This document shows, one piece after another, positions 10,035-20,186 of a stretch of 64,000 bases of DNA (position 1 is the first letter of the stretch; each line of letters begins with the position of its first letter). The notes under the pieces were generated by a model, which did not search any database, was not told the DNA's origin, and saw only the letters and a program-made list of their open reading frames with translations. Source of the DNA: Candidatus Multivorans sp. (lineage in GTDB: Bacteria > Acidobacteriota > Thermoanaerobaculia > Multivoradales > Multivoraceae); NCBI GenBank assembly GCA_965247095.1, contig OZ251997.1:4096001-4160000 (forward strand). The letters are read 5' to 3'. A program made the translations under genes and the position numbers.

Positions 10035-10133
10035 CTAGCGCGGCAGAACTCCCAGAGGCCGGCGCTTCGCGCCGGATGCGGGCAGGATGCCCGCGTTCCC
10101 AGGTCAGAATCGTTCTGCCGCGCAAGCCCCTAG
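10035..10133. mobile_element. MITE/REP-like element bounded by CTAG at both ends
   Basis: CTAG 10035-38 and 10130-33; inverted CGCGGCAGAAC/GTTCTGCCGCG near the ends; internal core GCGGGC-N5-GCCCGC. Confidence 0.7.
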
Positions 10134-10250
10134 CCCTGAAAACAGCGAATCGCGGCTCAGATTCCCGGCCGGCGCATCCAGTCCGCCTGGGACCCTCTCC
10201 CCGGACTCCGGACCGGCGGGTGAAGCCGCCGCTGCCGCGCCGCCGCGACG

Positions 10251-11318
10251 CTAACCGGCGGCGGCCGTCCGGTCGCCGGACTCGGCGGCGGCGACGATCG
10301 GGGGCAGTCCCATCTCGGAGCGCAGGTGCGCCTCGATCTCGTTGGCCAGGTCCGGGTTGTCTCGCAGGAATTGCTTGGCGTTCTCGCGGCCCTGGCCCAG
10401 CCTCACATCACCGGCCGAGAACCAGGCGCCGCTCTTTATCACCCGCTTGTGCTCGACGCCGAGGTCGATCAGCTCACCGACCCGGGAGATGCCCTCGCCG
10501 TAGTCGATGTCGAACTCGGCGAGACGGAACGGCGGCGCGACCTTGTTCTTGACCACCTTGATCCGCACCCGTGAGCCGACCACCTGGTCGCCGTCCTTCA
10601 GCGCGCCGATACGGCGGATGTCGATGCGGACCGACGAGTAGAACTTGAGCGCCCGGCCGCCGGTCGTGGTCTCGGGCGAGCCGAACATGACCCCGATCTT
10701 CTCGCGGATCTGGTTGATGAACACCACAGTCGTCCGCGACTTGGCGATGATGGCGGTCAACTTGCGGAGCGCCTGGGACATGAGACGAGCCTGGAGGCCG
10801 ACATGGGAGTCACCCATCTCGCCTTCCAGTTCGGCGCGCGGCACCAGGGCGGCGACCGAGTCGATCACCACGATGTCGAGCGCGTTCGAGCGCACCAGCA
10901 TTTCGGCGATCTCCAGCGCCTGCTCACCGCTGTCCGGCTGGGAGACGAGGAGGTCGTCGATGTTCACGCCGATCTTCTCGGCGTACTCGGCGTCGAGGGC
11001 GTGCTCGGCGTCGATGAACGCCGCGGTGCCGCCGGTGCGCTGGGCCTGGCCGGCCACCGAGAGGGCCAGAGTCGTCTTGCCGCTCGATTCCGGACCGTAG
11101 ACCTCGACGACGCGGCCGCGGGGGAAACCGCCGGTGCCGATGGCGGAGTCGACGGCCAGTGAACCGGTCGAGATCGATTCGACACCGAGGTTTTCCTGTT
11201 CGCCGAGGCGCATGATCGCTCCCTTTCCGAACTGACGTTCGATCTGGCTGAGCGCGCCCGAGATGGCTTCCTCGCGACTGACTTGCTGCTTGCGCGCATT
11301 CGCGCGGGTGGGGGTCAT
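10251..11318 (-). CDS. recA: Recombinase A
   Basis: [48 protein letters not shown]; GAGG RBS upstream of ATG 11318. Confidence 0.99.
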   Translation of the reverse strand: MTPTRANARKQQVSREEAISGALSQIERQFGKGAIMRLGEQENLGVESISTGSLAVDSAIGTGGFPRGRVVEVYGPESSGKTTLALSVAGQAQRTGGTAAFIDAEHALDAEYAEKIGVNIDDLLVSQPDSGEQALEIAEMLVRSNALDIVVIDSVAALVPRAELEGEMGDSHVGLQARLMSQALRKLTAIIAKSRTTVVFINQIREKIGVMFGSPETTTGGRALKFYSSVRIDIRRIGALKDGDQVVGSRVRIKVVKNKVAPPFRLAEFDIDYGEGISRVGELIDLGVEHKRVIKSGAWFSAGDVRLGQGRENAKQFLRDNPDLANEIEAHLRSEMGLPPIVAAAESGDRTAAAG

Positions 11319-11541
11319 GGGTTTCTTGTTCCTCTTGTGTGGCATAAGGCGCGTTTAGTGGTGTTCGGGCAGTGATCGGCCGCCTTCGAGGGGCAGCGGT
11401 GCGGTTCCGGCGGCGTCGCCGCAGGGTGTGCGTGGCTATACTCCCGCGCGACCGATACGGCGGTCCCGTGGATCGTCAGACGGTTCAACGGAAGGCGGGA
11501 CTTGGCCGCTGCGGACGCTCGGCGACGTGGCGTAGAACAAC

Positions 11542-12552
11542 GTGACAGCCGACATCGACAAGGGCGTAGTCAGCGTATTGCAGCCCCCCTTGGGCGTCAA
11601 CCGCGAGGTCCGGGACCGGCTCGTCGCGACTCCCGGCGCCAGTGTCCGCGAGGCGGTGCCGCTGGCCTCCGTGACGACGCTGCGGATCGGCGGTCCGGCG
11701 GATCTCTTCGTCCGGGTCGAGTCCGAGGCGGCGCTCACCGCGGTGATGACCGTGGCGCGTGAGTGTGCGGTCGCGCTTCACCTGCACGGTCACGGTTCGA
11801 ACGTCCTGTTCCCGGACAGGGGCATTCGCGGCGTCGTCTGCCGGCTTCGAGGAGAGTTCGAACTCGTCGAGGTGGAGGGCGAAACGGTACGGGCCGGCGC
11901 CGGGGTCACGCTCGCCAGACTGGCGCGGGACACGGCGAAGCAGGGTTTGCTCGGGCTCGAGGCCTTGTCCGGTTTCCCTTCGACCGTGGGCGGCGCCGTG
12001 GTCATGAACGCCGGCTGCTACGGCACGGAGATCCGCGACGTTCTCACCGAGGCGCGGGTGGCGCGGCCGGGGCGGCCGGTCGAGGCCGTGCCGGTTGCGC
12101 GGCTTATGCCCGGCTACCGGACGACGAACCTGCAGGGGACCGACGCGGTCATAACAAGAGCGGAGTTCCAGCTCCGGCGCGGGGACGGCGCCGCGGCGCT
12201 CAAGCGGATCAACGAGTTGAACAAGCGGCGGTGGCGGAGCCTGCCGTCCGGCAAGCCGAACGCCGGTTCCGTGTTCCGCAACCCGGAGGACGATTTCGCC
12301 GGCCGGCTGATCGAAGCCTGCGGTCTGAAGGGCTTGGCTCGTGGCGGCGCCGAGATCAGTCAGCGGCATGCGAACGTGATCGTCAACCGGGAGAAGGCGC
12401 GCGCCGCCGACGTGCTCGATCTGATGGTGGCGGCGCACCGGGCGGTACGAGAGCGGTTCGGCGTCGAACTGCGGCCCGAGATCGTGCTGGCCGGCGGTCT
12501 GGCCGAGGAATTCTGGGATCGCGCTAGGAACTTGCGCGGTAGAACGATTTGA
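11542..12552 (+). CDS. murB: UDP-N-acetylenolpyruvoylglucosamine reductase
   Basis: TTLRIGGPAD, GHGSNVLF, GGAVVMNAG, NAGSVFRNP, HANVIVN. Confidence 0.96.
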   Translation: MTADIDKGVVSVLQPPLGVNREVRDRLVATPGASVREAVPLASVTTLRIGGPADLFVRVESEAALTAVMTVARECAVALHLHGHGSNVLFPDRGIRGVVCRLRGEFELVEVEGETVRAGAGVTLARLARDTAKQGLLGLEALSGFPSTVGGAVVMNAGCYGTEIRDVLTEARVARPGRPVEAVPVARLMPGYRTTNLQGTDAVITRAEFQLRRGDGAAALKRINELNKRRWRSLPSGKPNAGSVFRNPEDDFAGRLIEACGLKGLARGGAEISQRHANVIVNREKARAADVLDLMVAAHRAVRERFGVELRPEIVLAGGLAEEFWDRARNLRGRTI

Positions 12553-12696
12553 CCTGGGAACCCGTGTGGCGCGACCCGCGCCACACGCGAACCACTCCGT
12601 GCGCCCGTCATCGGGCGCACGGATGGCACGCGGGCATCCTGCCCGCATCCGGCGCGGAGCGCCGGCCTCCGGTCGTTCTTCCGCGCCCTTTCCGGG
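12524..12696. mobile_element. MITE/REP-like composite element overlapping the murB 3' end
   Basis: Begins CTAGGAACTTGCGCGGTAGAACGA, ends in degenerate inverse TCGTTCTTCCGCGCCCTTTCC; several internal hairpins including GCGGGCATCCTGCCCGC. Confidence 0.7.
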
Positions 12697-12770
12697 TGAT
12701 ACAGGCTATTCTCTGAGGCCGACGCGAGACGAGGGCTCAGACGAGGCAGACGGAAGGAAAGGGAGAGACG

Positions 12771-13343
12771 ATGAAGGGGACTTTGAATAGGACATCGTGG
12801 CGGCGACCGGAAATGGTCCTGGCGTTCGTTGCGGCCATCGCGCTGCTGATCGGCGCCTGCGGCGGCGGGGGTGGTGTGGCCGAGGCGCGCGCCGGCTTCA
12901 TCGCGCAGTTGCAGTCGTTCACGGTTCAGGCCCCGGCTGCCGACGAGGCGATGGCATCCGACGAGGCGATGGCATCCGAGGAGGCCGACGCCGACGTCGA
13001 CGCAGAGGCCGATACCGAGGCCGACGCCGATGCGGAAGGCGACATGCCGGCCGAGCCCGCCATGGTGAGTGTCATGCTCGACATCCTGGTTCACAACGAG
13101 GGCGCCGGCACGCTCGACGGCATCACGGTCGACCTCACGATCGCCGACCCGGACGGCGCGGAGAAGGAGCGCCGGCTGCTCTGGATCGAGACTGCCGGGC
13201 TCACCAAGGGCTCCCAGACGCAGGTGGTCTACGACCTGAACGATGTCGCCTACACCGAGGGTGACGGCTTCCACGTCGAGGTCCGGCACCCGATCCCCAT
13301 GGAAGAGCGCGGCGACTACCGCGAGTTCGACGCCGAAAGCTGA
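12771..13343 (+). CDS. Acidic lipoprotein, hypothetical
   Basis: Lipobox LIGAC; Asp/Glu/Ala-rich linker with 18-bp tandem duplication (DEAMAS x2). Confidence 0.8.
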   Translation: MKGTLNRTSWRRPEMVLAFVAAIALLIGACGGGGGVAEARAGFIAQLQSFTVQAPAADEAMASDEAMASEEADADVDAEADTEADADAEGDMPAEPAMVSVMLDILVHNEGAGTLDGITVDLTIADPDGAEKERRLLWIETAGLTKGSQTQVVYDLNDVAYTEGDGFHVEVRHPIPMEERGDYREFDAES

Positions 13344-13346
13344 GGG

Positions 13347-13435
13347 TCGCGGATCGCTGGGTGCGCCGGCCGTTGTGGCGCGGGTCGCGCCACACGGGTT
13401 CCCAGGGCAGATCGTTCTGCCCTGCAAGCTCCTAG
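13347..13435. repeat. REP/MITE-like element between convergent genes
   Basis: TGTGGCGCGGGTCGCGCCACACGGGTTCCCAGG...GTTCTGCCCTGCAAGCTCCTAG, inverse of the left part of the 12524 copy. Confidence 0.7.
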
Positions 13436-14859
13436 TACGCGTTCTTGGTCAGACCCCGGCGCAGGGTCAGCCACAGGATCTGGAAGTCGAGGCGGAGACT
13501 CCAGTTCTCGATGTAGTAGAGGTCGTACTGGATGCGCTTGCTGATCGAGGTGTTGCCCCGCCAGCCGTGCACCTGGGCCCAGCCGGTCAGCCCCGACTTC
13601 ACGCGGTGGCGCAGCATGTACTGCGGGATCTCGTTGCGGAACTTGCGGACGAACGCGGGACGCTCGGGGCGGGGGCCGACGATCGACATGTCGCCGCGAA
13701 AGATGTTCCAGAGCTGGGGTAGCTCGTCGAGCGACCAGCGCCGCAGGAAGGCGCCGATGCGGGTGCGGCGGGGATCGTCCTCGATCGCCCACACCGGCCC
13801 GGTGGTTGATTCGGCGTTGGCCCGCATCGAGCGGAACTTGAGGATCATGAAGGAGCGGCCGTCGAGTCCCATCCGCTCCTGCCGGTAGAACAGCGGTCCG
13901 CGGTCCTCGAGCTTGATCAGCACCAGCACGATCGGCAGCAGGGGCAGCAGCAGGGCCATGGCTGCCAGGGAAACGCCGATGTCCATCGTCCGCTTGGCCA
14001 GACTCGACCAGCCCTCCATCGGCACATGGGAGAGGTTGATGACCGGTGTGCCGTCCACGTCCTCCATGTCGGCGCGCAGCGTCGCGTACTGCAGGACGTT
14101 CGGCACCAGGCGGATCTCGATCAGCTCGTTGCCGATGCGGTCGAGCAAGTCGAGGATCTTCCGGTGCGCCTCGAACGGCAGGGCGATCATGACCTGATCG
14201 ACGTGGTATCGCTCGATTGCTGCTTCCAGGTCGTCGAGAGTGCCGATCACGCTGACGCCGCTGACGCGCTCGGTGGAGAGCTTGTCCGGGTCGTCGTCCA
14301 GGAAGCCCACGACCTCGTAGCCGAGTTCCCGGTGCCGGACCAGTTTGGCCGCAATCTCCTCGCCGCTGTCGCCGGCGCCGACGATCAGGATGCGGCGCAC
14401 GTTGTGCCCCCGACGCCGGACCACGCGCAGGACGGCGCGGGTGACGAAGCGGACCAGCGCGACCAGGAAGATGTCGCTGGCCGCGAACAGAGCGAAGAAG
14501 GCGCGGCTGTAGGAGAAGGGGTCGTCGCTGCCGGCCTGCGTCACGCGGTCGAAGGTCAGGACCGCGGTCAGGATCACGAGCGCCAGGACGGTCGCGACGA
14601 CGATGCTGATCGCTTCGTCCACCCGGCTGTGCCCGCGGCGGATGCGGTAGAGGCCGTGGAAGTAGTAGACCGTGGGCCAGATCAGCAGGATGAAGGGCAG
14701 CATCCTGAGGTACGGCTCGAAGTCCGGCGCCGACTTCGTCATTTCGATCACCGGCTGCACGAAGCGCAGGTACCAGGCCAGGAAGAAGGCGCCGACCGTG
14801 GCGGCGACATCGCCGGCGATGTTCAGCGTGGCGGTGACGCGGAGTCGGTTTTGGAGCAC
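13432..14859 (-). CDS. wcaJ: Undecaprenyl-phosphate glucose phosphotransferase (WcaJ/GumD family)
   Basis: KFRSM, DDPRRTRIGAFLRRWSLDELPQL, GDMSIVGPRPERP, GLTGWAQVHG, DLYYIENWS; start uncertain (14859 or 14952). Confidence 0.92.
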   Translation of the reverse strand: MLQNRLRVTATLNIAGDVAATVGAFFLAWYLRFVQPVIEMTKSAPDFEPYLRMLPFILLIWPTVYYFHGLYRIRRGHSRVDEAISIVVATVLALVILTAVLTFDRVTQAGSDDPFSYSRAFFALFAASDIFLVALVRFVTRAVLRVVRRRGHNVRRILIVGAGDSGEEIAAKLVRHRELGYEVVGFLDDDPDKLSTERVSGVSVIGTLDDLEAAIERYHVDQVMIALPFEAHRKILDLLDRIGNELIEIRLVPNVLQYATLRADMEDVDGTPVINLSHVPMEGWSSLAKRTMDIGVSLAAMALLLPLLPIVLVLIKLEDRGPLFYRQERMGLDGRSFMILKFRSMRANAESTTGPVWAIEDDPRRTRIGAFLRRWSLDELPQLWNIFRGDMSIVGPRPERPAFVRKFRNEIPQYMLRHRVKSGLTGWAQVHGWRGNTSISKRIQYDLYYIENWSLRLDFQILWLTLRRGLTKNAY

Positions 14860-14923
14860 GGTGCTGGGATCGTGGGGGTGTAGGGGCGCCCGACTCTGGC
14901 GGGCGCCGGATGTTAACCGGCGG

Positions 14924-16081
14924 TCAGTGTCCCGTCTCCCCGAGTACGTCACGGTAGATCGCGAGAGTGCTCTCGGCGGCGGTCTGCCACTGGAATCCGG
15001 CGGCGCGGGAGGCGGCGCGGTCGGCGAGCTGCCGGGCGTGGTCCCGGTCCTTCATGCAGCGTTCGATGGCTCTCGCGATCTCCTCCACCTCGAGCGGATT
15101 GACGAGTTCCGCGTAACCTCGAGCGATCTCCTGGAGCGACGACGTGTTCGACGTGATCACGGGCGTCCGTGAGGCCATTGCCTCGACCACAGGCAGCCCG
15201 AAACCCTCGTACAGGGTGGGGTAGAGGAACAGGCTCGCGCCCTGGTAGAGCGCCGGAAGGGCGCGCGCCGGCACATGGCCGACGAGCTGGACATGGTCGC
15301 CGACCCCAAGCTGGCGGGCGCGGCGCTCGAGCTTGAAGTCGCTGCCGGGCCGCGCGCCGACGCAGACAAGGGGCGCCTCGAAGCCGGCACGTGAACGGGC
15401 CCTGGCGTACGCCTTGATCACCCGATCCAGGTTCTTGTGGGGCTTCGGATTGCCGACGAACAGCAGGTACGGCTGCCGGACTCCCACTTCCTCCAGGTGG
15501 GCGCCGAGTTCTTCCGCGCTGAGGAGTTGCCGGAAACGATCCTCGACGCCGTTGTACACGACCTTGATCTTCTCTTCCCGGATGTCGAAGTAGTCGAGAA
15601 CGTCGCTGCTCGTGTTCTGGGACACGGCAATGATCCGGTCGGCCCGGTTGACGCTGTGGCGAAACATGCGTTGGGCGTAGAGGGACGCCGCGCGGCTCGG
15701 CAGGAAGCCGGGGTAGAGCAGGTGGATGATGTCGTGGATCGTGACCACCGTCGGACACGGAACGAACGCCGGCAGGACGTAGTGGGTGGCGTGGTAGAGG
15801 TCGAGGCGCGACCGCGAGATGCGCCAGGTCATCATCCCGATCTCGCGCAGCGAGTAGACCGGCGACCGTTCGACGACGCAGCGGAAGTTCGCCGGCAGAT
15901 CGGCAGCGAAGTCGCGATCCTCGGGGCGGACGAACAGGACGTACTCGTTCGGGGCAGCGTCCACATCGGCGGCCGCTTCCTGTTCGGCCTCGATCCGGGC
16001 CAAGCCGCGGATCAGGTTGGAAACGTAGACCCCGATGCCGAAGTCGCGGACTTTGCGAGCGTCGATGCCGATGCGGGCCAT
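14924..16081 (-). CDS. Glycosyltransferase family 4
   Basis: VVTIHDII, KPHKNL, YEGFGLPVVEAMA. Confidence 0.93.
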   Translation of the reverse strand: MARIGIDARKVRDFGIGVYVSNLIRGLARIEAEQEAAADVDAAPNEYVLFVRPEDRDFAADLPANFRCVVERSPVYSLREIGMMTWRISRSRLDLYHATHYVLPAFVPCPTVVTIHDIIHLLYPGFLPSRAASLYAQRMFRHSVNRADRIIAVSQNTSSDVLDYFDIREEKIKVVYNGVEDRFRQLLSAEELGAHLEEVGVRQPYLLFVGNPKPHKNLDRVIKAYARARSRAGFEAPLVCVGARPGSDFKLERRARQLGVGDHVQLVGHVPARALPALYQGASLFLYPTLYEGFGLPVVEAMASRTPVITSNTSSLQEIARGYAELVNPLEVEEIARAIERCMKDRDHARQLADRAASRAAGFQWQTAAESTLAIYRDVLGETGH

Positions 16082-16236
16082 CGCGCAAGCCTAGCGCCGC
16101 CGGGCGCTTCACGGCGCGTGTCCGGCATTGACAGTTGCCACGACGCTTCGTAGCCTCTCCGGTTTGCCCGGTTGCGCCTGGCCGGTTTGTGCGGCGGCTT
16201 GAGTTAGCGACGGCGGTACGCTTGGTGGTGAATGAG

Positions 16237-16782
16237 ATGCACCTGCAGCTCGACCAAGCTCGCAACGGCCCCCTGCACTGGCACGAAGACGTTTCAGTGG
16301 CGGCTGACGACTCGGACCGCGACGAAGCGCCCGTGCTCGGCAGCGTGGACTGCAAGGGCAGTCTCACGTTCGTCGGGCCGGACTTCCTGCTGCAGGCGAG
16401 ACTGCACTACCGGCAGAGGCTCCACTGCGACCGCTGCCTGAGCGCCTGCGAGCAGGAAGTCGAACTGCCGCTCGCGTTCGTCGTGATCAATCGGCGTGAA
16501 GATGCGTCCCCGGCCGCGGATGGGGCCGGCGGGCGTGAACTGGAGCCGGAGGATTTGTCGACGCTCACCGCGGTGGAGGGCGAAGTCGACCTGGCCGTTC
16601 TGGTCCGGGAGCAGGTCGAGTTGAACGCGCCGATGAAACAGATCTGCGATCCAGCCTGCCGCGGACTGTGTCCGCAGTGCGGAACGGACTGGAACCGCGG
16701 GGAATGCACCTGCGCCAAGGACCAGGTCGACCCGCGCTGGTCGGCCTTGGAAGCGGTACGCGAACGACTTGGCGGAATCTGA
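16237..16782 (+). CDS. yceD: YceD/DUF177 family protein
   Basis: CDRCL and CDPACRGLCPQCG...DPRW motifs; upstream of rpmF. Confidence 0.92.
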   Translation: MHLQLDQARNGPLHWHEDVSVAADDSDRDEAPVLGSVDCKGSLTFVGPDFLLQARLHYRQRLHCDRCLSACEQEVELPLAFVVINRREDASPAADGAGGRELEPEDLSTLTAVEGEVDLAVLVREQVELNAPMKQICDPACRGLCPQCGTDWNRGECTCAKDQVDPRWSALEAVRERLGGI

Positions 16783-16869
16783 ACTAGTGTTGCCTACCGC
16801 TGCGCCGCCGAAGCGGCGGCGCAGCCTGCTGGACGATCAAGCTGGACGACCCAGAAAGGAACCCTTGAA

Positions 16870-17055
16870 ATGCCAAATCCCAAACGACGGCACTCGAAGG
16901 CGCGTCGCGACCGGAGACGGACCCATGACAGGCTGAAGCGGCCCGCCGGGTCGTTGTGCCCGAACTGCGGCGAAACCAAGCTGCCGCACCGCGCCTGTAG
17001 CCACTGCGGTCACTACCGCGGCCGCGACGTAATCGAGATCGACGACGTCCTCTAG
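16870..17055 (+). CDS. rpmF: 50S ribosomal protein L32
   Basis: [17 protein letters not shown]...CPNCG...[14 protein letters not shown]. Confidence 0.98.
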   Translation: MPNPKRRHSKARRDRRRTHDRLKRPAGSLCPNCGETKLPHRACSHCGHYRGRDVIEIDDVL

Positions 17056-17132
17056 CAGCCCGCTGGCAGCCCGTTGGGCAAACCCCCTCGGGCGCTACAC
17101 TGGTCGTTTACTGACTCGGAGTTGACTCTGAA

Positions 17133-18191
17133 TTGACGGATCGAGGTTCAGCGCGAACCCCAACCGTGATCGCCGTCGATGCGATGGGCGGCGACCACGC
17201 CCCCCGGGCCGTGGTTGAGGGCGCGCTGTTGGCGGCGCGTCAACGTAGGCTCCGGCTCATTCTCGTGGGCCGCCGGCCGATCCTCGAGCAGGAGATCGAG
17301 AACTTCGAGCCCAAGTCTGGTGTCCGGGATCGGGTCGAGATCGTGCATGCCGGCGAGGTCGTTGGCATGGGCGAGTCCGCGCTCGCGGTGCGTCGCAAGC
17401 GCGACTCTTCGGTGCGCGTCTGTGCCCGCCTGGTCAAGGATGGCCGGGCGCAGGCCATGGTGACCGCGGGCAACACCGGCGCCGCCCTGGTCGCCGGCAA
17501 GATGGTGATCGGCGTGGCGCCCGGGGTCGATCGACCGGCCCTCGCGGTGACCATGCCGCGTCGCGTCGGTCGAACCATCCTGCTGGACGCGGGCGCCAAC
17601 GTCAACTCGAAGCCCGACCAACTCCGTCAGTTCGCGGTCATGGGCCACTACCTGGCCCAGCAACTGCTGCGGATGACCTCGCCGCGCATCGGCTTGCTGT
17701 CGATCGGCGAGGAGGCCGGGAAGGGCACCGACCTGGTCCGTGAGGTGTTCAAGTCGCTCGACGCCACGGGACTCAACTTCGTCGGCAACGTCGAGGGCCG
17801 CGACGTGTTCAGCGGCACCGCCGATGTCGTCGTCTGCGACGGCTTCGTCGGCAACGCGATCCTGAAGAGCGCCGAGGCGCTCGCGGAGTTCGTGGGCGGC
17901 CAGTTGCGCGAGGAGATGGGCCGCACCCTCCGGTCTCGGCTCGGCTATCTGCTGGCCCGGCCCGCCTTCGAGCGCTTCAAGAGCCGGATCGACTACAGCG
18001 AGTACGGCGGCGCGCCGCTGCTCGGTCTGCGCGGCGGTTGCTTCGTCGCCCACGGCCGTTCGTCCGCCCACGCCATCTGCAGCGCGGTGCAGCGCGCGGT
18101 GGAGTTCTGCGAGGCGGGCATCCACGTCAAGGTCAGCGCCAAGCTGTCGGAGGTCGCCTTCGAGGCGTCGCCAAAGGCGGTATCGGGATGA
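17133..18191 (+). CDS. plsX: Phosphate acyltransferase
   Basis: IAVDAMGGDHAP, AGNTGA, LDAGAN, VVVCDGFVGN, YGGAPLLG. Confidence 0.97.
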   Translation: MTDRGSARTPTVIAVDAMGGDHAPRAVVEGALLAARQRRLRLILVGRRPILEQEIENFEPKSGVRDRVEIVHAGEVVGMGESALAVRRKRDSSVRVCARLVKDGRAQAMVTAGNTGAALVAGKMVIGVAPGVDRPALAVTMPRRVGRTILLDAGANVNSKPDQLRQFAVMGHYLAQQLLRMTSPRIGLLSIGEEAGKGTDLVREVFKSLDATGLNFVGNVEGRDVFSGTADVVVCDGFVGNAILKSAEALAEFVGGQLREEMGRTLRSRLGYLLARPAFERFKSRIDYSEYGGAPLLGLRGGCFVAHGRSSAHAICSAVQRAVEFCEAGIHVKVSAKLSEVAFEASPKAVSG

Positions 18192-19231
18192 CGAACGGGC
18201 TGAGGGGAGCTTCTGTCAACGGCGCACGGCGGGTCCGGATCGCCGGCACCGGGAAGGCCGTGCCCGACAAGATTCTCACCAACGCCGACTTCGAGCGCAT
18301 GGTCGACACCTCGAACGAGTGGATCGTCGCCCGAACCGGCATCCACGAACGACGGGTCGCCACCGACGACGAGTACACGTCGATCTTTGCCGTTCAAGCC
18401 GCGCGCGAGGCGATGGAGATGGCCGGTGTGGCGCCCGCGGAGGTGGATCTCATCCTGATCTCGACGGTGACGCCGGACATGCCCTTTCCGTCCACTGCCT
18501 GCCTGGTGCAGGAAGAAATCGGTGCGAAGGACGCGGCCTCCTTCGATCTGAACGCGGGCTGCACGGGCTTCATCTACGGTCTTTCGGTCGGGTACCAGTA
18601 CGTCTCCAGCGGCGCCGCCTCGACGGCTCTGGTGATCGGCGCCGAGTCGCTGACCAAGTACACGGACTACGAGGACCGCTCGACCTGCGTTCTGTTCGGC
18701 GACGGCGCGGGTGCGGTCGTGCTGCGCGGCGAAGCCCCCCCGGCGCCGAGTTCGGAGAACGGGCTGCCGGGCGTCCTCTCCGTGGCGATCCACAGCGACG
18801 GTTCGCTGGCCCACCTGCTCGAGATGCCGGGCGGCGGCAGTCGCAATCCTCCGAACCGTCCGGAGACGCTGGAAGCGCGGCTGCCCTTCATCCGGATGCT
18901 CGGCAACGAGACCTTCAAGGTCGCGGTCCGCACCCTGGCCGAGGTCTCAGGCGAAGTGCTCGCCGACGCCGGCCAGGCGCCGGAAGACGTCAAGTGGCTC
19001 ATTCCCCATCAGGCGAACCGCCGGATCATCGACGCCGTGGGGCGCCGGATCGACGTGCCCGCCGACCGCGTGTACGTCAACATCGATCGTTACGGCAACA
19101 CATCGGCCGCGTCCATCCCGATCGCGCTCGACGAACTGAACCGCGACGGGCGGATCGACCCCGGGGACCTGGTCCTGATGGCGGCCTTCGGCGCCGGGCT
19201 GACCTGGGGCGCCGCCGCGGTCCGCTTCTAA
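18188..19231 (+). CDS. fabH: 3-oxoacyl-ACP synthase III
   Basis: DLNAGCTGF, LFGDGAGA, PHQAN, YGNTSAASIP, FGAGLTWG. Confidence 0.97.
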   Translation: MTNGLRGASVNGARRVRIAGTGKAVPDKILTNADFERMVDTSNEWIVARTGIHERRVATDDEYTSIFAVQAAREAMEMAGVAPAEVDLILISTVTPDMPFPSTACLVQEEIGAKDAASFDLNAGCTGFIYGLSVGYQYVSSGAASTALVIGAESLTKYTDYEDRSTCVLFGDGAGAVVLRGEAPPAPSSENGLPGVLSVAIHSDGSLAHLLEMPGGGSRNPPNRPETLEARLPFIRMLGNETFKVAVRTLAEVSGEVLADAGQAPEDVKWLIPHQANRRIIDAVGRRIDVPADRVYVNIDRYGNTSAASIPIALDELNRDGRIDPGDLVLMAAFGAGLTWGAAAVRF

Positions 19232-19259
19232 GCCGGAGCGGAATCGTAGGGATGGACCG

Positions 19260-20186
19260 ATGAGTGGGGTGGCGTACGTCTTTCCGGGCCAGGGCTCGCA
19301 GCGGGTCGGCATGGGCCGGGCGTTGGCTTTGGCCTTTCCGGAGGCGCGGGCGGTCTTCGAGGAAGCGGACGACACCCTCGGTTTCGCACTGTCTGTGCTT
19401 TGCTTCGAGGGGCCTGAGGACGAGCTTCAACTGACGGCCAACACCCAGCCCGCGATCGTCGCCGCATCGGTGGCGGCGCTCCGCTGTTTCCGGGCTCAGG
19501 GTCTGGAGACGGAAACGCCGGACTTCGTCGCCGGTCACAGCCTGGGCGAGTACTCGGCGCTCGTCGCGGCCAACGCGCTCGAACTCGGCGACGCTCTGCG
19601 CCTGGTCCGGGCCCGGGGCGAGGCGATGCAGAAGGCGGTGCCGGTGGGCGAGGGCGCGATGGCCGCGGTGCTTGGCCTGAGCGTCGAAGACACGGCGGAG
19701 GTCGCCGCCGAAGCGGCGGGCGACACTGGCGGGGTCTGCCAACTCGCCAACCTGAACGCGCCGGGGCAGGTCGTGATCGCCGGCGCCAGCGAAGCGGTGG
19801 AGCGGGCGATGGTGCTGGCGAGTGACCGGGGTGCGCGCCGGGCGATTTCGCTGCCGGTTTCGGCGCCATTCCACTGCGCCCTGATGGCGCCCGCCCGCCG
19901 GGCAATGGCGCCGCTGATTCAGGCGGCGCCGATGGCGGACCCACAGGTACCTGTGGTCTGCAACGTGGATGCGGCGCCGGTGACCTGCGCGTCCGCGGCC
20001 AGGTACGCGCTGGTGCGGCAGATCGACGGCCCCGTGCGCTGGGCGGAGTCGGTGACGGTGATGGCGGCAGAAGGCGTCGGCCGGCTGATCGAGTTCGGCC
20101 CGGGTAAGGTACTTTCCGGCCTCGCACGGCGGATCGATCGAAGGCTGAAGGTCCAGTCGGTGGCCGAGCCGGGCGACATGGAGTGA
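19260..20186 (+). CDS. fabD: Malonyl-CoA:ACP transacylase
   Basis: FPGQGSQ, GHSLGEY, VSAPFHC, EFGPGKVL. Confidence 0.97.
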   Translation: MSGVAYVFPGQGSQRVGMGRALALAFPEARAVFEEADDTLGFALSVLCFEGPEDELQLTANTQPAIVAASVAALRCFRAQGLETETPDFVAGHSLGEYSALVAANALELGDALRLVRARGEAMQKAVPVGEGAMAAVLGLSVEDTAEVAAEAAGDTGGVCQLANLNAPGQVVIAGASEAVERAMVLASDRGARRAISLPVSAPFHCALMAPARRAMAPLIQAAPMADPQVPVVCNVDAAPVTCASAARYALVRQIDGPVRWAESVTVMAAEGVGRLIEFGPGKVLSGLARRIDRRLKVQSVAEPGDME

